Positions 16,169 to 23,772 of a stretch of DNA of 32,483 nt are shown here, piece after piece; positions within the stretch are counted from its first letter, which is position 1, and each line of letters opens with the position of its first letter. A program made the translations under genes and the position numbers. This DNA comes from an uncultured Oscillospiraceae bacterium (GTDB lineage Bacteria > Bacillota > Clostridia > Saccharofermentanales > UBA5734). Location of the stretch: positions 1 through 32,483 of the forward strand of contig CAZBKR010000003.1 of assembly GCA_964492455.1 (NCBI GenBank), read 5' to 3'. A model generated the notes under the pieces. That model searched no databases, had not been told where the DNA came from, and worked only from the letters and a program-made list of their open reading frames with translations.

Positions 16169-17044
16169 ATGGATTTTCGGACGGGAACATGGGCAAGAGC
16201 TATTCTGGAAACCCAGCGACCTAACGGCAGCTGGGGCCAGTTTCATTCTCGTGTGGCACCCTACAAAGAGCAAACGACCGAGCAGGCACTTCGCAGACTG
16301 CACATACTCGGATTTACCCGTGAAGATCCGCCCGTCCGGCGTGCACTTGCCTATCTCCGGGACTGTCTTCAGGGGCGGCAGACCATCCCGGACCGCCGGG
16401 AGAAAGGAGCAGGCTGGGACTGTTATGTTACGTTGATGTTGGCGGCGGCGATCCGGATCTTCGATCCCTCCGATCCGGCGATCCGCAGGGTAGTGGACCA
16501 GTGGCGCAGGGTGGCGGCGGAGACGTTTGCGGCAGGGACATTCGATGAGATCGTTTACAGGCGGATATTTACGGACACATTCGGGATCTCTCCTTGTGTC
16601 CATTCCCGGTACGCGGATTTTAGCTGCCGATATCCGGTCGAACTGCTGGCCGGTGTTCTCGACGCGGCTACCGGAGCTGCTTTGGTCCGGCATGTGCTGG
16701 ACCATCCTTCCGGCCTGTACTATGTCTGTGACGGTCCGATCAGGACGCCGCCCGCCTTCGGGACCGAACGACGTACGAGCGCGTGGATCGGCGCCATTGA
16801 GCTCCTGTCCCTCCACCCGGGTGAGGCAACGGGGCGGGAACTCCGGTTTGCCGAAGCCTGGCTGGAGGGGATCCGGGATCCGGCCGGGGAATGGGACCTG
16901 GGGCCCGCCGCACGCGATGGAATCTATCTGCCGTTGTCTGATTCCTGGCGCTCGCCCGACTTGCGGCGTGCAGACTGTACACTCCGTATCGGAACGCTGG
17001 TGGAAAAGCTGCGGGCTATGTCCGGGGATGCGGAACCGAAATAA
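16169..17044 (+). CDS. Hypothetical protein with prenyltransferase/terpene-cyclase-like alpha-alpha toroid repeats
   Basis: Repeat-like elements are QRPNGSWGQF and DPAGEWDLG. GGGGAGGAG lies 7 nt upstream of the ATG at 16169. The family call is weak. Confidence 0.55.
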   Translation: MDFRTGTWARAILETQRPNGSWGQFHSRVAPYKEQTTEQALRRLHILGFTREDPPVRRALAYLRDCLQGRQTIPDRREKGAGWDCYVTLMLAAAIRIFDPSDPAIRRVVDQWRRVAAETFAAGTFDEIVYRRIFTDTFGISPCVHSRYADFSCRYPVELLAGVLDAATGAALVRHVLDHPSGLYYVCDGPIRTPPAFGTERRTSAWIGAIELLSLHPGEATGRELRFAEAWLEGIRDPAGEWDLGPAARDGIYLPLSDSWRSPDLRRADCTLRIGTLVEKLRAMSGDAEPK

Positions 17045-17149
17045 TCAATGCTGACGGGTTTTCTTCCCTGCTCACCTGTTGTATAAATAAAACAGAAGCA
17101 TACATTCACTGGCAGTTCTGTTGCATACAACCATGAAACGGGTGAATTC

Positions 17150-17608
17150 ATGAACCACATCCTCGATCTGAGAGGACTGCTTCACAGGTCGGATGTCCGT
17201 GCGCTGCTGGCGGAAAGCCTGTACCGCCCGGGCAAGGACCGGCTGGATCGCTGGATCGGTCAGCTGGCAGACGACGTGGACGTCTACACATACGGATTTC
17301 TGGAAAAGGATGCGCTGGTCGGTGTACTGGCGGCACGGCGTTCCTGGTTGTCCGATAAAACGGCCGAAATGGAAATTTTGGCGATCTCGGTCGATCCTCT
17401 GTTTCGTGGACAAGGCATCGGCCGCGAACTTCTGCAGGCTTTGATCCGTGCCCATGACCCGTTGCGCATTGTAGCCGAAACGGATATCGATGCCATCGCG
17501 TTTTACCGCCGTTGCGGATTTTCGATCCGGTCTCTGGGAGAAAAATTTCCCGGTGTCGTCCGCTACCGCTGTGAATGGCAGCGACCGGATCCATTGGTGT
17601 TGCACTAG
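17150..17608 (+). CDS. GNAT family N-acetyltransferase
   Basis: The translation shows EILAISVDPLFRGQGIGRELLQALI and AIAFYRRCGF. Confidence 0.8.
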   Translation: MNHILDLRGLLHRSDVRALLAESLYRPGKDRLDRWIGQLADDVDVYTYGFLEKDALVGVLAARRSWLSDKTAEMEILAISVDPLFRGQGIGRELLQALIRAHDPLRIVAETDIDAIAFYRRCGFSIRSLGEKFPGVVRYRCEWQRPDPLVLH

Positions 17609-17663
17609 AAGATCGATTTGAGGCTCCTACGACACTCCGTCCGAAGCAATTGTGTGTCAGAGG

Positions 17664-17692
17664 GTGACGGTGTGTCAAAAACGATCTACAAT
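17664..17692 (+). promoter_or_regulatory. Candidate sigma-A-type promoter for the diguanylate cyclase gene
   Basis: GTGACG (17664-17669) and TACAAT (17687-17692) are separated by a 17-nt spacer. The region is embedded in two copies of GTGTGTCA (17652-17659 and 17670-17677). Confidence 0.3.
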
Positions 17693-17754
17693 GATGCCCA
17701 TAAGCAGCGCACACCAGACAGTGGTTGCATCTTTATTTGAAATGGAGCCGCATC

Positions 17755-18903
17755 ATGCCGATGCCCATGATCAGTTATTTCCAGATCAACGGCCTGGCAC
17801 TTGCCGTACTGGCCGTTGTTTTTTCCGGTTCCTGGCGCCGGTCCACCCGGTATCCACGAGATCAGCGGCTGTTCAGCACGCTGGTGATGTTCAATGCGTT
17901 CATGTTGATTGTAGATACCGGTATGTGGGTGTTCTCCGGACATTCGGGAGCCACTGCCGGTATTTTGCTGCGGACATCAACCGTGCTGTATTTCCTGATC
18001 CATCCCGTGCCCTGCATGCTATGGTCGCTGTATGCGGATTTACAGCTCAACAGAGGTGTTGTGCGCAGCAGATCCCGTCTGGCTTTGCTTGCACTGCCGG
18101 TTTTTCTTCACGCGGCATTGGTGTTATTGAGTCTCAGAAACGGATTCCTGTATGAATTTACCGATCGCAACACCTATGCCCGCGGACCGGGCATCTTTAT
18201 CACGTTTATCGTCTGCTATGGCTATCTGCTGGGGACCGCCATCCAGACACTGCTGTTGCGGAACAGGGTCCGGCGGGAGGAATTCCGGTCATTGCTCTTT
18301 TTTGCGTTGCCCCCCTCTATCGGCGGTGTGATCCAGATTTTATCTTTCGGTGTGGTTTTGATCTGGCCCGGTATGACGCTTTCGCTGCTGCTCATCTATT
18401 TGCGCATCCTGTACCGTCGTCTTCGGACCGACCACCTGACCGGGCTGCACAACCGCAGCCAGCTCGAGGAATATCTGTCCCGCAAGTGGAATGAACGCGG
18501 CCGCAGACAACTGATTGCGGGCGTCATGATCGATGTGGACTCATTCAAGCAGATCAATGACCGGTTTGGACATGCGACGGGGGATGAGGCGCTGGAAAGG
18601 ACCGGCGACATCTTGCGGTCCAGCTTGCGCAACGACGATTTCATCTGCAGATATGGTGGTGACGAATTCGCGGTCATCCTGCTGATTCACCGACCGGAAG
18701 ACCTGGAGGTGGCGGTGGCCCGGATTCACGAGACCGCCGAACGGTTCAATCAGACCGGGGAGACCCCGTACGACATTCATCTGAGCTGCGGATATGACAT
18801 TCTGAATCCGGACAGGACAAAAGAGGCAGAGGGCTTTATCGCCCACCTGGACCGGTTGATGTATGAGAACAAGAAAGCGAAGGTCTCCACGCATCACCCG
18901 TAG
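17755..18903 (+). CDS. Membrane-anchored diguanylate cyclase (GGDEF domain with RxxD I-site)
   Basis: The C-terminal domain reads LTGLHNRSQLEEYL...DVDSFKQINDRFGHATGDEAL...RNDDFICRYGGDEFAVILL. GGDEF is intact, and RNDD lies 5 residues upstream (I-site). The N-terminal ~220 aa forms about 6 TM helices of no family I recognise. The start could be 17755 or 17725. Confidence 0.88.
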   Translation: MPMPMISYFQINGLALAVLAVVFSGSWRRSTRYPRDQRLFSTLVMFNAFMLIVDTGMWVFSGHSGATAGILLRTSTVLYFLIHPVPCMLWSLYADLQLNRGVVRSRSRLALLALPVFLHAALVLLSLRNGFLYEFTDRNTYARGPGIFITFIVCYGYLLGTAIQTLLLRNRVRREEFRSLLFFALPPSIGGVIQILSFGVVLIWPGMTLSLLLIYLRILYRRLRTDHLTGLHNRSQLEEYLSRKWNERGRRQLIAGVMIDVDSFKQINDRFGHATGDEALERTGDILRSSLRNDDFICRYGGDEFAVILLIHRPEDLEVAVARIHETAERFNQTGETPYDIHLSCGYDILNPDRTKEAEGFIAHLDRLMYENKKAKVSTHHP

Positions 18904-18945
18904 ACCCGCATCCAGGCCGGCCGCACCCGACAGGAGGGGATTGCC

Positions 18946-19545
18946 GTGCGTGAGAACAGATTGCAAAAGGCATGGGACAGGCTGGATCGAAGCCTGTTTG
19001 TAGATCCGGTACTACAGTCGGTTGCCCACATCGACGCTCCGCTCCCGATCGGTTGCGGTCAGACCATTTCCCAGCCTTCGCTGGTCTTCGAAATGACCCG
19101 TATGCTCGACCCGGAACAGGACGATATCGTGCTCGAAGTGGGTACCGGTTCCGGATTCCAAACTGCGTTGCTCGCGATGCTGGCTTCCCACGTGTATACG
19201 ATCGAACGATTGTCCCTGCTGGGAGAGAGTGCGCGCGAGCGTCTCCGTACGATGGGTCTGGGTAATGTCTCCCTGCGGATCGGCGACGGTGGCACTGGAT
19301 GGCCGGAACACGCGCCTTATAACCGGATCATGGTCACGGCGGGGTGTGCCGTACTCCCTCCGCCGCTGCTTGCGCAACTGGCACCCAAAGGTCGCATGGT
19401 TGCTCCGGTCGGGCCGCGTATGGAACAGGATTTACTGCTGGTGACCCGACCGCTGGACGGTCCGCTTCGCATCGAGTCCTTGATGAAAGTGGTCTTTGTG
19501 GAACTGGTCGGGCCCTATGGATGGGGTCCTGCCGACAAGAGGTGA
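18946..19545 (+). CDS. pcm: Protein-L-isoaspartate O-methyltransferase
   Basis: The translation shows GQTISQPSLVFEMTRML and a SAM motif (VLEVGTGSGFQTALLA). The GTG start has AGGAGGGG 6 nt upstream. Confidence 0.9.
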   Translation: MRENRLQKAWDRLDRSLFVDPVLQSVAHIDAPLPIGCGQTISQPSLVFEMTRMLDPEQDDIVLEVGTGSGFQTALLAMLASHVYTIERLSLLGESARERLRTMGLGNVSLRIGDGGTGWPEHAPYNRIMVTAGCAVLPPPLLAQLAPKGRMVAPVGPRMEQDLLLVTRPLDGPLRIESLMKVVFVELVGPYGWGPADKR

Positions 19546-19549
19546 TCAG

Positions 19550-21113
19550 GTGGCAGATAGCGGCGATCCCTTAAAATCAGAGCGGCCGAAGGGATCTCTT
19601 TGCGGACAGAATTTCGAACCTGCCAGTGTACAGAGCTGGCAGCTGTGGTGTTTTTGCTTCCTGATAGCGGCTTCTCATCTAGCAATTGCCACCAGGAGTT
19701 CTCCATTGTATCCCACCAACGACTGGGTAGATACCAACGCGTTTTTCACGGTTGGACGCGGTATGGCGCGGGGGCTGGTGCCCTATCGTGATCTGTTCGA
19801 GCAAAAAGGGCCGCTTGTTTATGCGCTCCATGCGTTGGCGAGTTTGATTTCCCGGCAGACGTTTCTAGGTGTCTATTTGCTGGAGATCATCTCGCTGACG
19901 GTATATCTCGTTCTGATGTGGAAAACCATCCTGCTATGGTCCGAACGTCACGATCACTTCTTTGCAATGTTTCCCGCCCTGATCATTCCCCTGGCGTTTC
20001 TGACTGTGAACACGCATGCTTTTGCGCTGGGAGGCAGCGCGGAGGAGTGGTGCCTTCCGTTCATGGCTGGGGTGGATTTTGTCGGTACTTTGCGAACTGC
20101 GCGGCCGAAGTCCGGGTATCAAGTTGACGGTTACCGGACTTTTCACGGGAGGGATACTGCTTGCTTCGCTCCCTTGGCTGGTTTATTTCGGAATCCATCA
20201 TGCGATCGCGGTGTGGTTGGAGGTCTATTTCTGGATCAATCTTCGCTATTACCCGAATCATTTTCCTTTTTGGACTCGCCCCTTTATATCCATGGGGTTG
20301 TTTATGTATAACGGATTTCGGAATCTGCCCTTGTTTTTGGTTTCATTCGCCGGATTGTGGCCAATCGTGCGAGAAATCCGCGGCAATCGTCGAATGCTGC
20401 ATGAAACACAATGGAACCGGAATACCGGACGGGAAGTCATGAGGCGTGTCCTGAGGGCAGTCATGTTGTGTCTTGGATTCCAGATTGCGGGAAGTTATGC
20501 CGGAGGGCACTCCTACGCATACTACTATCTTGTGTTTGCGCCTTTTGCGGTGATCGGTTTTGTGGAGTTACGACCGTGTTTGGAGAGCTGGATTCATCGG
20601 TGGGTGGTACCGGAGAGAATCCGATCCGGTGCAACTGGACATCCTGCGATGCGCCGGCGCAATCGTGTGGCCGTGATCCTTTTGTTTGTGCTCGCTCTTT
20701 CACTGACAGTCTTGTACCATCCGAATGCGGAGGCGATGACACTGCACCACGGGGAGCGGGTACAGGACCGTTTTGCTGCTATCATTTCGGCTAGTGAGAA
20801 TCCGTCCCTGTTGAATTACGGTTACCTGGATCATGGGTTCTATCTGGCGGCGAACCTGCTCCCGACGGTCCGTTTTTTTGAAAATCAGAATATCCCCAGA
20901 TCGGTGTACCCACAGATTCTGGACGAACAGGAGCGGTATATTTCGGAATGTCTTACCGAATTCGTCGTTGTGCGCCGAGACGTAAATGATTCCGGTGCGA
21001 CCGGTTTGCCGGATGTACTCCTTCGCAATTATCGATGGGTGGCAACCGGATGTCAGGAATACCGGAACGTGGTCTACCGCTATGACCTGTTTGAAACAAT
21101 CAAAAGTGGATGA
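19550..21113 (+). pseudogene. GT-C-fold polytopic membrane glycosyltransferase (ArnT/PMT-like), split by a 1-nt frameshift
   Basis: Two overlapping ORFs (19496..20311 and 20016..21113) together encode one ~520-aa polytopic protein. Frame A reads ...PLYPTNDWVDTNAFFTVGRGMARGLVPYRDLFEQKGPLVYALHAL...GGSAEEWCLPFMAG. Frame B continues WILSVLCELRGRSPGIKLTVTGLFTGGILLASLPWLVYFG.... The switch maps to the GGGG run at 20069-20072. The GTG start at 19550 has AAGAGGTGA 6 nt upstream. Confidence 0.6.
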
Positions 21114-21152
21114 GTATCCGGATGCCGCAGTGCTACCGGCCTGTGGCCGGCC

Positions 21153-21182
21153 TTGTCCTGCAGGGGATCGGGCGGATACAAT
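21153..21182 (+). promoter_or_regulatory. Candidate promoter for the ferredoxin / GNAT-HIT pair
   Basis: TTGTCC (21153-21158) and TACAAT (21177-21182) are separated by an 18-nt spacer, about 50 nt upstream of the ferredoxin ATG. Confidence 0.25.
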
Positions 21183-21231
21183 AAAGCGAGAACAGATCGA
21201 CAGAAGAACAGCAGATGAGGAGAGAGTCGCA

Positions 21232-21423
21232 ATGAAAGCAACGGTGGATCGGGATCTTTGTATCGGGTGCGGACTGTGCGCGGCCATTTGTCCGGACGTG
21301 TTTGAAATGGATGGGGAGGGAAAATCCGTTGTCATCGCGGATCCGGTTCCCCCCGCTTCCGAAGCCGAAGCGCAGGACGCCGCGGATCAGTGTCCGGTCG
21401 GCGCAATCACGTTGACCGACTGA
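21232..21423 (+). CDS. Small monocluster ferredoxin (Thermotoga/Pyrococcus-type, 63 aa)
   Basis: The sequence MKATVDRDLCIGCGLCAAICPDVFEMD....DAADQCPVGAITL has a CxxCxxC...CP cluster pattern. GAGGAGAG lies 7 nt upstream of the ATG at 21232. The track ORF from 20986 is an unsupported 5' extension overlapping the previous gene. Confidence 0.85.
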   Translation: MKATVDRDLCIGCGLCAAICPDVFEMDGEGKSVVIADPVPPASEAEAQDAADQCPVGAITLTD

Positions 21424-21433
21424 GTCATCCCAT

Positions 21434-22387
21434 ATGCTGATCCGATGGATGGAGCCGCAGGATATCTCCGCGTGGCTCGGACTGGCTGCTCAGGTCGCGG
21501 TGTTGTTCGAGTCCCCCGGTATGGCGGAAGACCCCGTATTTCTTGCGTTTGCCGACAGGAAGATCGCTCGCAGGGAAGCGCTGGGGGCATTCGATCGCCC
21601 GACTGGCACATGCCTGGGAGTGCTGGCGTTTTCCCGCCGGGCCAATCGGATCGCCTGGATGGCAGTCTTGCAGGAGAGACGTGGACAGGGGATCGGTACC
21701 CGGTTGCTGCAAACCGCCATCCGGCAAATGGACGGCAATCGTCCGGTCGATGTGATCACGTTTCTGCCGGATCACCCCGGTGGTGCCCCGGCACTCGCGT
21801 TATATCTGTCCGCCGGGTTCTGCGACACAGGGAAAACCTGTACCGACGATGACGGTCGTCTGCGAAGCTGCCTGGTCCGGCCCCCGGACGGAACACCCCG
21901 CGGTCACAGCTTCCATTACGATTATCCGCAGTATGAATCCTTTTCGGACCCGGCCGCCTGTCCGGTCTGTCTGGGGCAATCGTCCCCTGATCCTCCGGTC
22001 CTGCTCGCCATGCTTCCGTATGGTTGGGTCGAGTGTTACGCATCCGCACAGGGTCGGCTGTTTGGCAAATGTCATGTGCTGGCGCGCGACCACGGGCTCC
22101 ATTTTTCCGCGATGCCGCCAGAGCGCGCGGCCGGGTTCATCCGGGATGTGCAGCGGGCGGGGGAAGCGCTGTTGCGCGTATCCGGCGCGGTGCGGATCAA
22201 CTATGAGATTCACGCCAACTCCATGCCGCATCTGCATGCGCATCTTTTCCCGCGTTATCTGGACGATGATTTTCCGTCTGCCCCGATCGACTATCGACTG
22301 CTTGACCCTTCCCCCTACGAGCCGGGTGAATTTGACTGGTTTGTAGCGCATATGCGTACAGCACTCGCGGAGTTGTCTGCGGAATAA
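21434..22387 (+). CDS. GNAT acetyltransferase - HIT (histidine triad) hydrolase fusion protein
   Basis: The N-terminal ~150 aa has a GNAT core (IAWMAVLQERRGQGIGTRLLQTAI, LYLSAGF). The C-terminal ~140 aa has CPVCLG and the histidine triad MPHLHAHLFPR (H266/H268/H270, nt 22229-22243). The gene starts 10 nt after the ferredoxin stop and has no RBS of its own. Confidence 0.8.
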   Translation: MLIRWMEPQDISAWLGLAAQVAVLFESPGMAEDPVFLAFADRKIARREALGAFDRPTGTCLGVLAFSRRANRIAWMAVLQERRGQGIGTRLLQTAIRQMDGNRPVDVITFLPDHPGGAPALALYLSAGFCDTGKTCTDDDGRLRSCLVRPPDGTPRGHSFHYDYPQYESFSDPAACPVCLGQSSPDPPVLLAMLPYGWVECYASAQGRLFGKCHVLARDHGLHFSAMPPERAAGFIRDVQRAGEALLRVSGAVRINYEIHANSMPHLHAHLFPRYLDDDFPSAPIDYRLLDPSPYEPGEFDWFVAHMRTALAELSAE

Positions 22388-22434
22388 AGAGCTATGGCCG
22401 GTTCCTCAAAACCGGCACAGGAGAAGGAGACCCC

Positions 22435-23640
22435 ATGACACAAAACCACCGCTTTGTCATCTTTGATATCCTGGACAACGATCCGGCCGCCCGCGCGATG
22501 GCGGAAGGAGACGAGACCACGGCACTCCGGAGACTGGTCTCGTTTGCGGAGGAGCACGGAATCCGCGGTAATGTATGGCCTGCTTATTTATGCAGATTGT
22601 TGTCCGGTGCTGACAACGTCTTTACACGCACCATTGAAAGGGATGGACGATGCGGGCTGTCGCTCGAACGGCTTGCCCGTTCCGATTTGTCCGCGGTGAC
22701 CACCTGGGCAGACTCCGGTCCTGCGGTGCTGGCAGCGTATGAGCCTTCCTCGCCGTCTGGATGCAAAACCGCATCCACTGGTGTTTCTCCTTGCGAACAA
22801 GCCTATCTCGCATCCCTGAAGGGAATGGAACAGGCGCTGCACACCGGAGGATCCCCGTTGTACGACGCACTGGTCCGGCACCTATCGACACTCGGACGCG
22901 GCGTATCAGCCCGTTATGCCGCGCTTGCGTGGTCGGACGGTCTGGTCGGGATTGAAACCTTCGACCCGATCGATCTGGACCAGCTGGTCGGCATCGACAC
23001 CCAGAAACGGATGCTGATCGAAAACACAGAGCGGTTTTTGCGGGGAGAAGGGGCCAACAATGTACTGCTGTTCGGTGATAGCGGCACCGGCAAATCCTCC
23101 TCGGTCAAAGCATTGGTCAACCGTTACTGCGGTGACGGGTTGCGGTTGGTCGAGCTCACAAAACACCAATTGGGTGAACTCGAAAAAGTGCTGATGCGGC
23201 TGGCCGCCAGCCGGCACCGCTATCTGGTGTTTCTGGACGATTTGTCTTTTGAAGAGGGCGAGCTGGGTTACAAGCGCCTGAAGGCCGCCCTTGAGGGGAA
23301 AGCCGCGGTGACCCCTGCCAACGTCCTGTTTTACGCAACCTCCAACCGGCGGCATCTCATACGCGAGTCCTGGAGTGACCGGACTGCCGGCGACGAGGAT
23401 GTCCACCTCTCGGATACGATGCAGGAAAAACTATCCCTGTCAGACCGTTTTGGTCTGCGGGTCGTATTCCCCTCTCCCTCCCAGCAAACGTACCTGGCGA
23501 TTGTGGAAAGTTATCTGGATCGTTTGGGGATTCCCTTTACCGAGGCGCTGCGGATGCGTGCCCTGCAATGGGAACTGGCCTACAATGGCCGTTCCGGACG
23601 CACTGCCCGCCAGTTTGTACAGTCGATCGGACGGATTTAG
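22435..23640 (+). CDS. DUF815-type AAA/P-loop ATPase
   Basis: The translation shows LIENTERFLRGEGANNVLLFGDSGTGKSSSVKAL (Walker A) and LVFLDDLSFEE (Walker B), with the overall DUF815 pattern. GAAGGAGA lies 5 nt upstream of the ATG. Confidence 0.8.
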   Translation: MTQNHRFVIFDILDNDPAARAMAEGDETTALRRLVSFAEEHGIRGNVWPAYLCRLLSGADNVFTRTIERDGRCGLSLERLARSDLSAVTTWADSGPAVLAAYEPSSPSGCKTASTGVSPCEQAYLASLKGMEQALHTGGSPLYDALVRHLSTLGRGVSARYAALAWSDGLVGIETFDPIDLDQLVGIDTQKRMLIENTERFLRGEGANNVLLFGDSGTGKSSSVKALVNRYCGDGLRLVELTKHQLGELEKVLMRLAASRHRYLVFLDDLSFEEGELGYKRLKAALEGKAAVTPANVLFYATSNRRHLIRESWSDRTAGDEDVHLSDTMQEKLSLSDRFGLRVVFPSPSQQTYLAIVESYLDRLGIPFTEALRMRALQWELAYNGRSGRTARQFVQSIGRI

Positions 23641-23708
23641 CGACGGTGTTTGTATCCGATTTGTAATGAAAAACCGCTTTGTCCCCCGGGTTTCGCAACC
23701 GAAGTGCG

Positions 23709-23756
23709 ATACAATATCTGGTATTGGAACCAGCATCCGAGTACCATATATCGTTC
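23709..23756. promoter_or_regulatory. Two NrdR-box-like AT-centred palindromes upstream of nrdD
   Basis: Box 1 is ATACAATATCTGGTAT (23709-23724; 12 of 16 positions self-complementary). Box 2 is GTACCATATATCGTTC (23741-23756; core ACCATATATCGT, 10 of 12 self-complementary). Their centres are 32 bp apart, which matches the phased tandem arrangement known for NrdR operators. Confidence 0.5.
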
Positions 23757-23772
23757 GTCAGGGGGATCTGTC

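Noticed and set aside
22396-22416. A hairpin GCCGGTT-N6-AACCGGC between the GNAT-HIT gene and the DUF815 gene, considered as a terminator
   Set aside because: No U-tract follows; the next bases are the RBS of the downstream gene. It may be a weak attenuator or stabiliser, but it is not supportable as a terminator.
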